Assembly: GCA_028534125.1 (NCBI GenBank)
Contig: CM052818.1
Coordinates: forward strand, 3,906,001-3,970,000
Direction: 5' to 3'
Length of the DNA stretch: 64,000 bases
Source of the DNA: Lama glama
Taxonomy: Eukaryota
Shown here: positions 36,931-49,460 of the stretch, piece after piece
Layout of the letters: each line of letters starts with the position of its first letter
How positions within the stretch are numbered: the first letter of the stretch is position 1
The notes under the pieces: model-generated
What the model saw: the letters and a program-made list of their open reading frames with translations, nothing else
Databases searched by the model: none
What the model was told of the DNA's origin: nothing
Made by a program: the position numbers and the translations under genes

Positions 36931-37191
36931 GGCACACTTTCTGGATAGCTTATTAACTGGCATTATAGCGTATTATGAATTGGTCTTTCTTTTTCCTTAT
37001 AAATGCAATTTTTGTTACATGACTCTTAGAGGTCTTTTACATTAAATTCAATTTTCAATCTTTTAAATTAATCCTTTACGATCTTTTGAATACAAGGCTG
37101 TGTTCAGCATCGTGTAACACCCTCCTCACTAAGCACGACTATCTTTGGGAACTGCCTTCCCAGGAGGCCTATTTCAACACCTCTGTCTCTC

Positions 37192-37397
37192 TTTTTTTTT
37201 TTTTAATTTTTATTGAAGTGTAGTTGATTTACAATATTAGTTTCAAGTGTACAGCAAAGTGATTCAGTTATACATATGCATACATATATATTTTTTTCTT
37301 TTCAGGTTCTTTTCCATTATATGTTATTATAAGAACTGGAACACAGTTCCCTGTGCTATACAAGAGGTCCTTGTTTATCTGTTTTATATATAGTAAT
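37192..37397 (-). mobile_element. 5'-truncated L1 3'UTR with poly-A
   Basis: T-run then attgaagtgtagttgatttacaatattagtttcaagtgtacagcaaagtgattcagttatacata...gttccctgtgctataca. Confidence 0.85.
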
Positions 37398-40289
37398 AAC
37401 ATGTCCATCTTTTTAAATGGCTTATCTTTTTAAACAAAAACATAGGTGTATCATGTCCCCACATCTAAGATCCAGACGGGCCTGCTTTATAAAAGGATCC
37501 CATACCTGGGATCCCATACCTGGGAAAGATGTAAAAGTCTGTGTTTGGGGGTGGGGCTCAGGTGCCCACAGAAGGGCCATTATATTATAGCTGATGGCAG
37601 AACACACATTGGATAAACCTGGAGACCATTGCTTTTAGAAACGGCCAGGCATTTTGGGACACACAACCAGATCATCTGTGCCTTCAGGGCTGCCCGTGAA
37701 TTTTGAAACTATTCGATCTCTAAGAAAATTTTGAAAAAAGAAAAGCTAGTCACCTTTCCTAACTAAATTGCAGTCCACACTTAAAACCAGGAGACGGTAC
37801 CTACTGTTAACTACGGACGCCATCCTGGGTCCACGTGTATTCTACAGAATCTGAATTTGAAATAAAAATTCACTATTACAGATCTCTCCGGGATTCACAT
37901 ATGATTTTATGTATACTCATATATTATACCAAAGAAATACTCTACCAGGCAAGAAGCACATTTTTAAGGGGTTTAGTGAACTTTAGACAATAAAGCTTAC
38001 CCTCAAAACATACAAAAGTTTTTGTCTGGGCGGGGGGCACGCAGCTCACTTAAATAAAAGCTTCTCTTGTCTCGGTTAGTGTCACACTCAGTGAGAGTCT
38101 GGTGTGAAGGAGAACAGGGCAAACAAGGCTCTGAAGCGGAGGAAATTCCTTTTTTTCTGTGACACCGCTTTCCTCCCCTGTTTTCTGAAGGAAAGCTCAG
38201 ATAACTGTGAACTCCAAGACGTGGTTTATTTAGTAAGATGAACTTGCTGATCTCCAGAATATTGGCGAAGTCAGCAGCCCTCCTTGGGAGCTGAACCCTG
38301 CAGTGTTTCATCAGATTTTGTTCTAAATTCTGCGATTGCTTTCACAATGAACCTTAACAGATTCCTGGATACAGAAGGAGGAGCTGGAGGGGTGTGGGAG
38401 GTAACGGGAGGATTAAGTGAACATGCCCCCCTGCAATCTTCGTAGCCTCTTCGAGCAATGGGAATTTTTATTACATTTGGAGTCTTTAATACGCCAAACA
38501 GAAATAATAGCTTAGCTGAACTGCCTAGCCTGGGTGTCTGCAAAGTCTGAGTCTAATTAATGACTGCTGAGGCAAATGATTTTTTTAAAAAGCTTTTCTG
38601 CTTGCTACAGACACTACAATTGATTCTATTTCTGTTTCCAGGCCTGCCAATGTGAATGGTGCTCAGAATGCCATCTTTTATAGATTCAGTCCTAGAAAAG
38701 AGGGTGGGGGAGAAACTAAGGGGATTTTACAAGAAACAGAGCCACAAAACTGCCCACTTGTCATGCAATGTAGGTCACAAGGCTCTGCATTCCCGGGCGC
38801 TGTTTTACAACGAATGCATATGCACAGCACGGCACGGGACACCATGGGAAACGCGACAAAGGGGGCGGTCTCTGTGACTGCACAATTCAGCACATAGCCT
38901 GAAAAAGACCCCCAGGTCAACAAGTCCTTCCAACAATTAGTGCCACTGGAGTTCCCGGCAGGGAGAGTTGAAGGTGCAGGAGAGAACAGGGCAGGCTCCG
39001 CAGAGAAGAGAGGACTGGAGCAGAGCCTTGAGGTTGAGAGAGAACCTGAGACAGAATTCAGATGGGGCAAAGGAGGAGAGGGTGGTTTCTTTGGATCAGA
39101 GACAACCTGATTTAAGAGAAGGGCTACTGTTGAAATACTCCCCCCCCACTCCTCCTCCCCCACTAGCCCTGGAAAGAGAGTTAGTTCAGTAAAGTCAGGT
39201 ACTTCCCAGGACTACGGGAAGGTGGTGCAGGTTCTGATTGGATGAAAACCTCTTGGGGTTTTGGAAGAGTAGGTGGGAGGGAAACCAGGAAGACGGGCTC
39301 TGGTCAAAGCTTCACTAAGGCCTGGGCCAGATCAGGGGCTCAATTTCTTTCACCTTCCCATGCGTGGGAGGGAGAAATCAGCACAGGATTTGGTTTTCAT
39401 AAATAAAATAAATATGTATACATCATAGAAAAGATTAATTCCTCAATTTCAGGGATCTTACAGCTTCCTTGACAACAAGGATGTTCGTGCCAAAACTTGC
39501 AAGAAATCCTTGTAAATATAGTTGTGTTTGCTCAAAACTTGTTTATTGTGAATCAAACATGCAGAAAGTCCTAGGCATTGACTCACCCTCGCGTTTTAAT
39601 AGGAAGCCCAACGCAGGCTTAAATATTTATCCCAGGGAAATTCTCCTAGATGGGGATGGCTTGGTGCCGGTGACCGGGTTCTCCTTCTCAGAGGCAGGGT
39701 GCTTGGTTCCAAGCACCGCCCTCGATGGCACATGAAGTGGGGATGGGGAGGGGGGGAGCAGCTGGCATCACGGTAACCAGGCCAAGTGCTGGGATTCAAA
39801 GCTGCAGACTCATTTCAGTGTTAATCTGAACGCAGCTTTCATGCAGGTTCCCATTTCACCGCCTGCAGCACTTTTGAAAAAGCAAACAAAGACCCAGGAG
39901 CCTCGCTGGCCCTCGGCTTCATATTTTCACTTGAGGGCTGGCGCGACACTCACCAGTTGTGGTCAGTGGAAATTCCCCGAGGAAGCCACATTAAGAAAAG
40001 GCAAAGCAATAGTTTCTTCCTTTACAGTTTTACTGGCTTAAAGGGCTACAATCTTCCAACCACCCAAATTTTGTCTTAGAATTTTATCAACTGTATTCTG
40101 CAAAAACAAGTAGGAATTCTGTCCTGAGCAAGTGTGGAAGGGAAGATGTTCCTTTCAGCCTGGGCCACAATGCCAGATCCTCCTCATGGTGGAATTTCAC
40201 CCACTGAGCAGAAACTGAGATTTTCAGAGGCGCTCTCCATCTAACAGGCAACAGCAAAGAGCTCTCCTGCCCACCCATGGTGCACACAG

Positions 40290-41390
40290 ATCAGAGCACC
40301 CACCTGGGTTCAGGTCCTGCCTTTGTTATAACTGTGACTGTATCAAGTCATTTCACAATTTTTGGTGCTCAGGGTCCCCCTTCTCTGAAATACAGAGGGC
40401 TGCTTTCTGGCCTACCCATATTATTCAGTAGAGCACTGTAGTCATCTCATCAGGGGTGTTAGAGACAGAACAGAGTCAATACTGGATCACCACGCACTGC
40501 TGAGTGGCCTTGGACAAGGTAACTAATTTCTCTGACCTTGTAGTATCTGCGTCTCTGGAAGGAATACCGACATCTACCTTAAATGGTAGTTGTGAGAATT
40601 TGATGAGATGCCTACATGAAATGATTTGCACAGTGTCTAGCACCCAAGAACTCACTAAATGATGACTTTTCTTATTTGTACCTTCCTAAGGAAATAGAAG
40701 TGGGAGAAATCCTGGGCTCATGGAACTTGATCCTAAGCCTGCTCTCCCTCTTAGAGCTCTGTGCTCTTGGGCAGTTATCTGAGCCTCAGTTTGTTCATCT
40801 GTAAAATGGGGATATATCCTTCACAGGGTTGTTAGGATTTCTACATGGGATAATATTAATGGGGATAAAGGAACAATGCTTGGCCCCCGAATAAGTTGCC
40901 TACAGGTTTTGGTTTCCTTCTTCCTTCTCCCTGTGTCCAACTGGTGGGAAATTAAAACAGAAAACACGTGAGGACACTTTGAAAAATAACATATTATGAA
41001 ATCCGACACATAAGTACTTCTTCCTTAAAGTAGAGAGGACTGAGGAGCAATGAAAAGACCAAAACACAGGAGTCAGATTAAGGAAGCAGAGAATCTGGGG
41101 ACCTGGTGAACCCATGCCTTGGATAATCAGCTCCTGCTAATCCAGTGGTGATTTTCCATTTCCTCACATTCATGGCCTAGAATTGTGGAAAGAGCAGGCT
41201 CTCTGGACCTGGACATTGGTTCAAATTCCCTGCTCCATCATTATGAGTGGGCAGACTTGGGGCAGTTTATTTAACTTCTTGCACCTCAGTTTCTTCACTT
41301 GTAAAATGGGGATAAGCCCTTCTTCAGAGATTAGATGTGGACGTGCTTAGCAGAGGAGCTGGTAGAGAGACATGCTCAGTAAATCATAGT
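40290..41390 (+). mobile_element. Series of MIR remnants
   Basis: Repeated MIR cores: ttgggcagttatctgagcctcagtttgttcatctgtaaaatgggga (40768); cttggggcagtttatttaacttcttgcacctcagtttcttcacttgtaaaatggggataa (41256). Confidence 0.65.
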
Positions 41391-42047
41391 AATTCTTCTT
41401 CATCTTCACAGGCCTCTTTATTATTGGTCCTGAGTGTTCATTTATTCGTCATCCAAAGGGGTATGGATAAAGCACCATGTTCTCTGGATTCCGAGAGTCT
41501 TGATTTCAGGCATGATTGTTCCAGTCCTGGGCTCTGTATCTGGCTATGGTTTCCCATTGCCCTGACAGTAAAATACCATGGCTTTCAAGGCTCCGTGTGA
41601 TTTAGCCATCGCTTGCTTCTTCACTTCATCGTCTGCCATTCTCCACCTTAGGCACTGCTCTTCTTTCATTCTGTTGTACAGCATCGTAGGGTTCTGCTCC
41701 GCCAAGAATGTTCTAGCCATGCTCTTTCGAGGAACAGCTCCATCTCATCTTTCAGGTTATCTCTTCAAAGGACCCTGAGTTCTTTGTCAACCCCTTTACC
41801 GTTAATCTCCATAGTATGTTAACTTCCTATATACCATGTATCACAACTTTAATTGTACATATTTAACTGTTGACTTGTTTTCATGTGTCCTCCCTCACTA
41901 GATAGTGAAGTCCACCAGGACAGGGTCTCTACCTGCTTACTTGTAACTGAACGGCCGGAGTCTACCACAAAAGGTTTGCAATGAGTATTAGAGGAATGAA
42001 TTAATATTAGCCCCTGCATCTTGATTTGGGATTTAAAAATAAGGTCA

Positions 42048-42226
42048 CGATTAAGAGGTACAAATGACTATGTATAAAGCAAATAAGCTACAAGGATATA
42101 GTGTACAGCACAGGGAATATAGCCAATATTTTATAATAACTTTGAATGGAATGTAATCTATAAAACTATTGAATCATTATGCTGTACACCTGAAACTAAT
42201 ATTGCACATCAATTAGACTTCAATAA
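42048..42226 (+). mobile_element. 5'-truncated L1 3'UTR with a perfect 13-bp TSD
   Basis: tacagcacagggaatatagccaatatttt...gctgtacacctgaaactaat; AAAAATAAGGTCA at 42035-42047 and 42227-42239, preceded by TTT (L1 endonuclease site). Confidence 0.9.
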
Positions 42227-43694
42227 AAAAATAAGGTCATTATGGGTTGAGAACTTCATGAACTCTCTGGACTTATTGAAAGCTGCTCTGCACTCTTATT
42301 TTGGATAATTAGGCCCAGTCTATTTTATTACGAGAAAAATAACCAGCCACAGAGCAACATTCATGGGAACACACAGGAATAGATGCTTCAGATAGGGGGA
42401 GGGGGAACGAGAGCTTTCTTTTCGGTATCCAGAAGGAGAAATGAACCTACTTCTTAAAAACAGCCAACATTCAGGCCATAATTATTTCTGTCTGACTTAA
42501 GAAAGATGAGCCGTGCTGTGCTTGTCCCTTTTTTTCTGTCCAAGCAAACGAATTAACAACTGCAATAAACATGGGTTTCAAGTATGGGAAGGATGGAAAC
42601 CAGCATGACTCCCAGATAAAAGCTCACAAGAATGTTATCATTCAGCTAAAAGTTTGGAGTCTCAAATTTTTCCCCCCCATCTTGGAAGACCTTTTCACTA
42701 AAATTTCTTAAACAGCTTTGGAGTTATTTCCATCTGGGGATAGCAGGGAGAACTTCACAAACACCAGGGCTCCGATTGAGCTGGGGTGAGTTGCTGAGGT
42801 TGAACTCTTCAAGGACAACAGCAATTTATGCAGATAAAAATGCTCAGATGATTTGGGTAAGAGCCACCTCTTGAAGGATGTGGCACATGGCTCATTAGAA
42901 CAGGTAAGAGTTGTCCCTGTTCAGAACCCAGCCATCTGAAGACAGATCTCCCGCAGTGACCTCATGATTTGGCTCCTGCCTCTGGGTCTCCCCAGCCTCC
43001 CTTCTATATACACGAACACTGCCAACAGATTCTCTTCTTAACTATCTTTTGTTAGATGTTCAGAATGTTGCCGTGATGACAGAACGTTGTAGTAAAAACT
43101 CCTTCAAGGCTCTTGTCAATCTGCTTCCAATCCAATGTCAGCCTGTTTCCCATTACTCCTGACCCCTTTACCCAAACTCTCCCATCATCAGACAGGTAGA
43201 TATTATTATTATTGTCTTCGAAATATGCTTTGCTGTTTTCCGGACTTTGGGTTGAGATCATGTCATTACCTCTCTGGTGCTACCCATCACGCATCCTTGG
43301 TCTCTCAGGAATTCAGGTCTGCCCTAGCTTCTCTCTCCAGACTAGCCCCACTCGGAGCTTCCACAGGACTCATGACCAGGCCCAAATCCTGCCATTAATC
43401 ATCTATTCAAATCACTATTTGGCTGTTGTTCTATACGGTTATACTTCTATAGTTCTTATTGCTTATGTTGTCAAGTATGCCACCCTGGCTCCAGAAATTA
43501 TTTACAGCAGGGGTCCCTCACCTGGGGAATCCATAATTGGGGCTGATATTTCTCTATCCTTTCAATAATTTTCACTTTCTGGTGAAGGTAGTTTGAGTGG
43601 GTTTTTGTTCCTTGCAAACACATCTTAATGAAGAAGGCTGTCATATGTACACATTTAAGATGGAAATTCCCAACCTGGGGTGGAATTACTTTTC

Positions 43695-43890
43695 ACAGTT
43701 CTCCAAGCTTACGGTCACATATATCAACGTTCTGAAATTACACCTGGGGCACTAATTAAAAAGTGCAGATTTAAAAGATGCAAATTACTAGGTCCCGCCC
43801 AAACTGACTGTGACAGAGGTTCTTGGGGATACGGCCTGGGAAAGGGTTTTGTAAACAAGATTCCAAGGGTGATTTTTACGCATATCCAGG
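43695..43890. mobile_element. MER5-like hAT-Charlie remnant
   Basis: cacctggggcact...atgcaaattactaggtccc...tgtaaacaagattccaagggtgattttta. Confidence 0.5.
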
Positions 43891-45163
43891 AACATTTAGA
43901 GGATCAGGAAGAAGCTGCCATTGATGTTTCTCATATGATGGTGAAGGGACGTGGAAGAGGAAAAAATTCGTATGCTTTGAGGACCGATTATATGCCTGGA
44001 AAAATATTAGGTATTTTCACTAGCGTTATCTCTTGTAATCCTCAAACAAGCCAGTGATATATGTCTTATCATTAATTCCTTATACAGATAAGGAAATAAG
44101 TGAAATAACTCATCCAAGGATCTATAAATGATAAGTTGTTAGGCCAGCCTTTGAACTCTGCACTAGCCAGCTCCTAAATTCTTGCTTCTCACACCGCTGG
44201 GGTTACTCTCCACTCTGCTGGGGTTCTGAGCTAAACCTGGAGGGAAGGAGAGCGAGCACATCCATGTAGAAGGTTTCCTAGGTTATTGTAGGGGAGCTGC
44301 GCAGATCTTGAGTCCCTGGTTGGTAGCCCTTAGATCAAGACACTGTTGACATTTTAAGGGGACAGCGATCCTCTGAGCTCTGAATTTGCATCCTGGACCC
44401 CAAGTCTAGAGCCTAGTGAGCTCCAACCAGAGAAACCACTGGCTGTCTATCTGGTCCCCCAGCCTAAAGGTGGAGGCTGTGGCCCTTGCAGACTTTATAA
44501 CAGGAGCAGCACACACACAGGCCTTCTGGCCGAGGCTTCAAAGACTAGCATCCTCCAATAGTCCAGCTGGACCAAGGGCCGAGCCTGGGTATGGAAGGTG
44601 GGAAACAAAAGTCCTGGAAGCCAGTGTCCTGTTCACTGATCAGGAAGGGGAGATAAAAAAACAAGGCTGGGTTGGAAAAAAGGGCTGTGGACTGTGCAAA
44701 CCCTGGGGAACATTGAAACACTCATATCTGGGGATTATAGGTTGAAAATCATCTGGGAAGATTTAAAAACTCCTGTTGCAGATAATTATCAGTGGGCAGC
44801 CAAGGCAGAAAACCGCTGGTCCAAAGTGACCCCGATGGCCGAGTGATACAGGCTGCCTTCAGATATGCTCTGAAGGCAGCGTGCATCGGATGGCTGGGAT
44901 GCTGAGGTCTGTCAAGTGCACAGTCCTTCCGGTATGAGAAGTGCCAGGAGTCTGGCTTGCTGCCAGAACAGGGTTCCCTTGCATTTTAAAATTTCCATTG
45001 CAGGGTAAAGAACTGGCACAGTAGAATGAAAAAAGGAACACGTGTGAAAGGCCAGAGGGCCAAGTGGAACAAGACAGATACAAAGATCCACAAAAGAGTG
45101 TTGTCTCAAGCAGAAGAACACCAGACTTAGAGAGATGGAATGGGGGGTATTTACAGCAGGTCA

Positions 45164-45445
<282 letters not shown>

Positions 45446-45690
45446 TCAGTGATGATGAGCTTACCAGTGGCCTCTCTGGAACAGGTCCGCAGGGTCGGTT
45501 CCAGCTTTTACATTTGTTTTAATACTTGTCTCCTTGGGAGCAGAGGTAAGAATGCCTAGCTAGATGAACATTTGGCTTGGGTTGATATATTTATGGATTT
45601 GGGGGCGGGCCATTGGCTCATTTTTCTCCCATTCAACCACATTTCTATTGGCAACTGTGTTTGAATCAAACAGAGTCAAGTTTCCTTTCA

Positions 45691-45786
45691 GAGCAACTTT
45701 AAAAATAAATTCAAGCTTTGGTGTTGGGTGAGGCCAATGAGTAACTTTAAAAACAAATTCGAGCTTCGGTGTTGGGTGAGGCCAGC
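45691..45786. repeat. 48-bp tandem duplication
   Basis: GAG(C/T)AACTTTAAAAA(T/C)AAATTC(A/G)AGCTT(T/C)GGTGTTGGGTGAGGCCA.. twice, at 45691 and 45739. Confidence 0.95.
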
Positions 45787-46128
45787 GAATGGCGACCCTC
45801 ATCTTTCACTCAAATGCTCTTTGAGGAAAGGACCCTTGTGATAGGTTTGGCTGTTCCTGCTTTATGGAGCAGAGGACTGGAGAGGAGAAGCTGATATGTG
45901 AGCTTTTCCACTTCCAAATCTTTGTCTAGTTCCGTGATTGCCACAGTTATGGTCACCATTGTGGTCAGTGCCAGGATTTTTACTGATTGCAAAAGTAACA
46001 CATAGTCATTGGGAAATTTAAAAAAACCAACAGTGTTGGAAAAAAGAAAAAAAGTTATTCCTAATTCATCTATTTATCTATCTATTATCTATCCATCCAT
46101 CCGTCAACCTTCTATTATTGTTAATTTG

Positions 46129-46153
46129 ATATATATATATATATATATATATA
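46129..46153. repeat. (AT)n microsatellite
   Basis: Seen directly. Confidence 0.9.
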
Positions 46154-46794
46154 GTCTTTCATACTTCTTCTATACAAATATACACATTTTATTTAAAAAG
46201 TGGACTTCTACTGTTCCCACAGTTCTGTAACCCTATTTTACTCATTTAACAACATATCATGAGCATTGTCCATGTTAGTAAAACAAAAAGAAGTTATGAA
46301 GAACATTTAGTTAGGTTGCCAACAAATTTTCACAGTTTGTTTATATATACTTGTAACATACCTTTTTGCCCACTTGCCAATTTTTTCCATTTTTTTTTTT
46401 TGGTGTTGAAAATGCACTGCATTTTTAATGGGGGGAAAGGAATGTTTGCCATTTAAGTAAGGCCATCAGATCGGCCAAATTAAGTTTAAAACAAACAAAT
46501 TTTACAAGTTAGTTTAGTCTGTTGTGACATCTTGGCAATTTAACGTCTATTAAGAAAGATCAACCAAAAAAGATGCTGCCGGGATGGTCTGTGTTAAAGA
46601 CCCTCAAGTGCGTTAGCAAATGGGTTCACATCACTCACACATCCAATAATTCCTTTCCCGCTTAGTATTTCCGGAAAAATAACCTATCTAAAGGGTATTC
46701 AGGCTGCCGACGCATCCTCTGCACTGAGTGCACACGCTTTCTGTCAGTCACAAGCTTAGTCTGCTCCCAAACCTGAGCAAGTTCACAATCGTAC

Positions 46795-46863
46795 CTGTGT
46801 TTCATTGAAATCCTTCACGCCGACACAGTAAACGATTGCACCGAGATCTCGAGATCTGTTGGC
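46795..46863 (-). CDS. ANTXR1: ANTXR1 coding exon (exon 7 equivalent, 69 nt): [23 protein letters not shown]
   Basis: Manual translation; CCCAG acceptor, GTACGA donor; NRS and NET N-glycosylation sequons. Confidence 0.97.
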
Positions 46864-49380
46864 CTGGGCCAATGAAAGAAAGGACGTTACAGGGCAGCAG
46901 CGGCGAGCATACTCCTTTTGGGTCAGGTATTTACTGAGCACCTACTGTGTGCCAAGGGACCACGAGGGAGACAGTAATCCTTGTCCCCAGAGAGCCAGTA
47001 CTCCAGCGAACATCCCCTTCTAGTGTAATATGGTGGACGTGAGGAGAGAGATTAGTCTAATGGGACGCGTTGAGATAGAGCCACAGAAGTGGAGTCTCGA
47101 TGAAGGAGATGATGAGTCTGAACAACGAGGGGAGGAGAAGGGAGCTGCTGGCCAAGAAAAGTCACATTGATTATTCCGAGGAAACGATAACTTTTTCTAT
47201 TCCTCTGATGGGTTTTTATTGGCACACTTTCTCCCTTTGTAATGGCAGCGTGCTCTAATGGAAAGGATGTGACATTTGGAACCTGAGATACCTGGGTTTG
47301 ATGCTTGGCTCTGCTCTGTAACTTGTGTTGGGGATTCAGTGAGATAATGTACGCAGAGCTCCTCACAGGAGGCCTAGAACAATGCAGATGCTCACGGATG
47401 TCAGCATCCTCTGTGAATAAATAAAAGCCTTTTTTACTTCCATAGAAGACACTGGGTTAACGGTATGGAAGTATGGCCCTTATTTGAGTAGGTGAACCCA
47501 TGACCTTCTCTACTATTAAGTATTGAGAGGGCAACATAAGGAATAACATCCAACTTTGGGCTTGATTTTAACACTTCAATGGCTCTGGTATCTGATTTCC
47601 AGCTTCTTCGTTTCAGAAGAGAAAACAAAAATTGGAAATCCTTGGTATATACAGTAGGTACTTAATAAATAATTAATAGTAAACATATAGTAGGTGCTCA
47701 ATATATGCATATTAATTTGAATTGTGTCCTCACCCCCCCACCTTAGTACTCAAACCCATTTGTGTCTAACATTGAATTTTAGAAGAAACAGAAACATACA
47801 TCTTTTTTCTTTCATGTTAGAAATATTTCTTGCTGCTTTCAGGATAAAATCAACTTTTAGATGGAGTCTAGCCCCAGTCTTATCTGCAACAACTTCTATG
47901 TCTCTTCTCCTCTAGCTGGACTTTATATAGAATGATCAAAACTGGCACAGTTTATTTTCTTTATATGTCTTGAGCTTTTCTTTTCTTTTTCAGATCTCCT
48001 CTTGCGATTAGCATTGGTATTCTCAATATTTTTCCAAGTTTGTATGTGTCATACCTAAAATTCTTTTCCACTAACCTCTATTTTAAGCCTCTGACACCTA
48101 TCATTTATTTTGTATTCTGTTATTTCCTTATTAGGGTCTTTTCTTTATTTGACTGTTTTTGGGCACCCGAATAAGCCGTCGTGCATTCCCATTATACAGT
48201 TAGTTTCGACTTAAGAACATAGAAATGTATTATTTTCCAAATGCTCAGGGAGTCCCTGTCACATTCCCACGTGTGTTTCTCCATTGTGAATTTTGTACGG
48301 TTAGGGGTAGAGGGGCAGTAAGGCGTTAATTAATTAATTAACTTAATTTCCTCATGCTCTTTGCCAACAGAGGCTTCAGAAAGCTGAACATCATCACATG
48401 GGAAAGCCCATGGGGGCAGCAGCTATGTCTGACTCACCAGTGTGTCTCTAGTGTCCAGCCAAGTGCCCACACAGACCGAGCTCTCAGTTAACACTGAATG
48501 AATGAATACGTGTACACTTGTGGCTTGTCGGGGAAGAGCTTGAGGGCTAGTGATGATCGGATTGACTCCTCCCCCAGAGACCATTATCTCCTTCCCTCCC
48601 AGCCTGTCTTTTTCCTTATTATGTTTCTTCCTGACTTGGCTTGAATGGCCTCTGTGACTCATGAAGCTTCAAAACATTCCCTTGGTTGACGATTTTCTTG
48701 GGCCACTTATACAGAGAGCTTAGATCTGAAACTTGAAAGAATTTCCTAAATATAAACCTCACTTTTCAATTCTTGGATAAACTTCTTTTTCGGAATCTCT
48801 TTATACAAACTGACAGCTTTATTTAGAGAGAATTCCTTTACTTGCTTTGAAGAGTGCTTTTTAAGAGCATAAAGAAAGGAAAGAAATATTGATGGAGAGA
48901 TGACAACCTACTTTGCCACTAATTAATGTTCAAGTTGGTTTTTAGTGTTAAAAATCTCAATGATTAGTAACATTTTGACAGAACTGGTTCTTACCTATTT
49001 CAAGTAATTCTTTCCCCTCCAATGTTTAGTAGAAATTGAGAGAAATATCATACCAGTGGATTTGCTGAAAAGTGACATACAGTGCTTCAAAACTGCTTTC
49101 CACGAAGGCATGGCAGATATACTTTATCACTCAAAACACAGAGTGATATGCAGATATTTTGAAAAGGGAAAAACACCCACCATGTATGAGACATGAAAAT
49201 TCACCTTAAAAAATGAGTCATTATTATTATTTTTCACATATGAGACAGTATTTCATCCAAGGAATTTACAAGGAACACCTGTCCTTTTGCCCGAGGGGAA
49301 AGACAGCAGCCCATTTCCGAAGGAAGGAGCCCTGTTTCCACGTCTCCGTTTGGACAGACGCAGGCCAGGCTGCCACTCAC

Positions 49381-49460
49381 CTCCCTCTCTGAGTAGAAGA
49401 AGAGGTCCTCGTGCAGCTCTCCATCGGTCAGAGCGATGATGACGCTGGCTGTCCTGTATC
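49381..49460 (-). CDS. ANTXR1: ANTXR1 coding exon (exon 6 equivalent, 80 nt): (G)[26 protein letters not shown], includes MIDAS Asp150
   Basis: Contained in ORF 49234..49554; CAG acceptor, GTGAGT donor. Confidence 0.98.

Noticed and set aside
48325-48342. GTTAATTAATTAATTAAC palindrome
   Set aside because: Simple (TAAT)n repeat that is self-complementary by construction.
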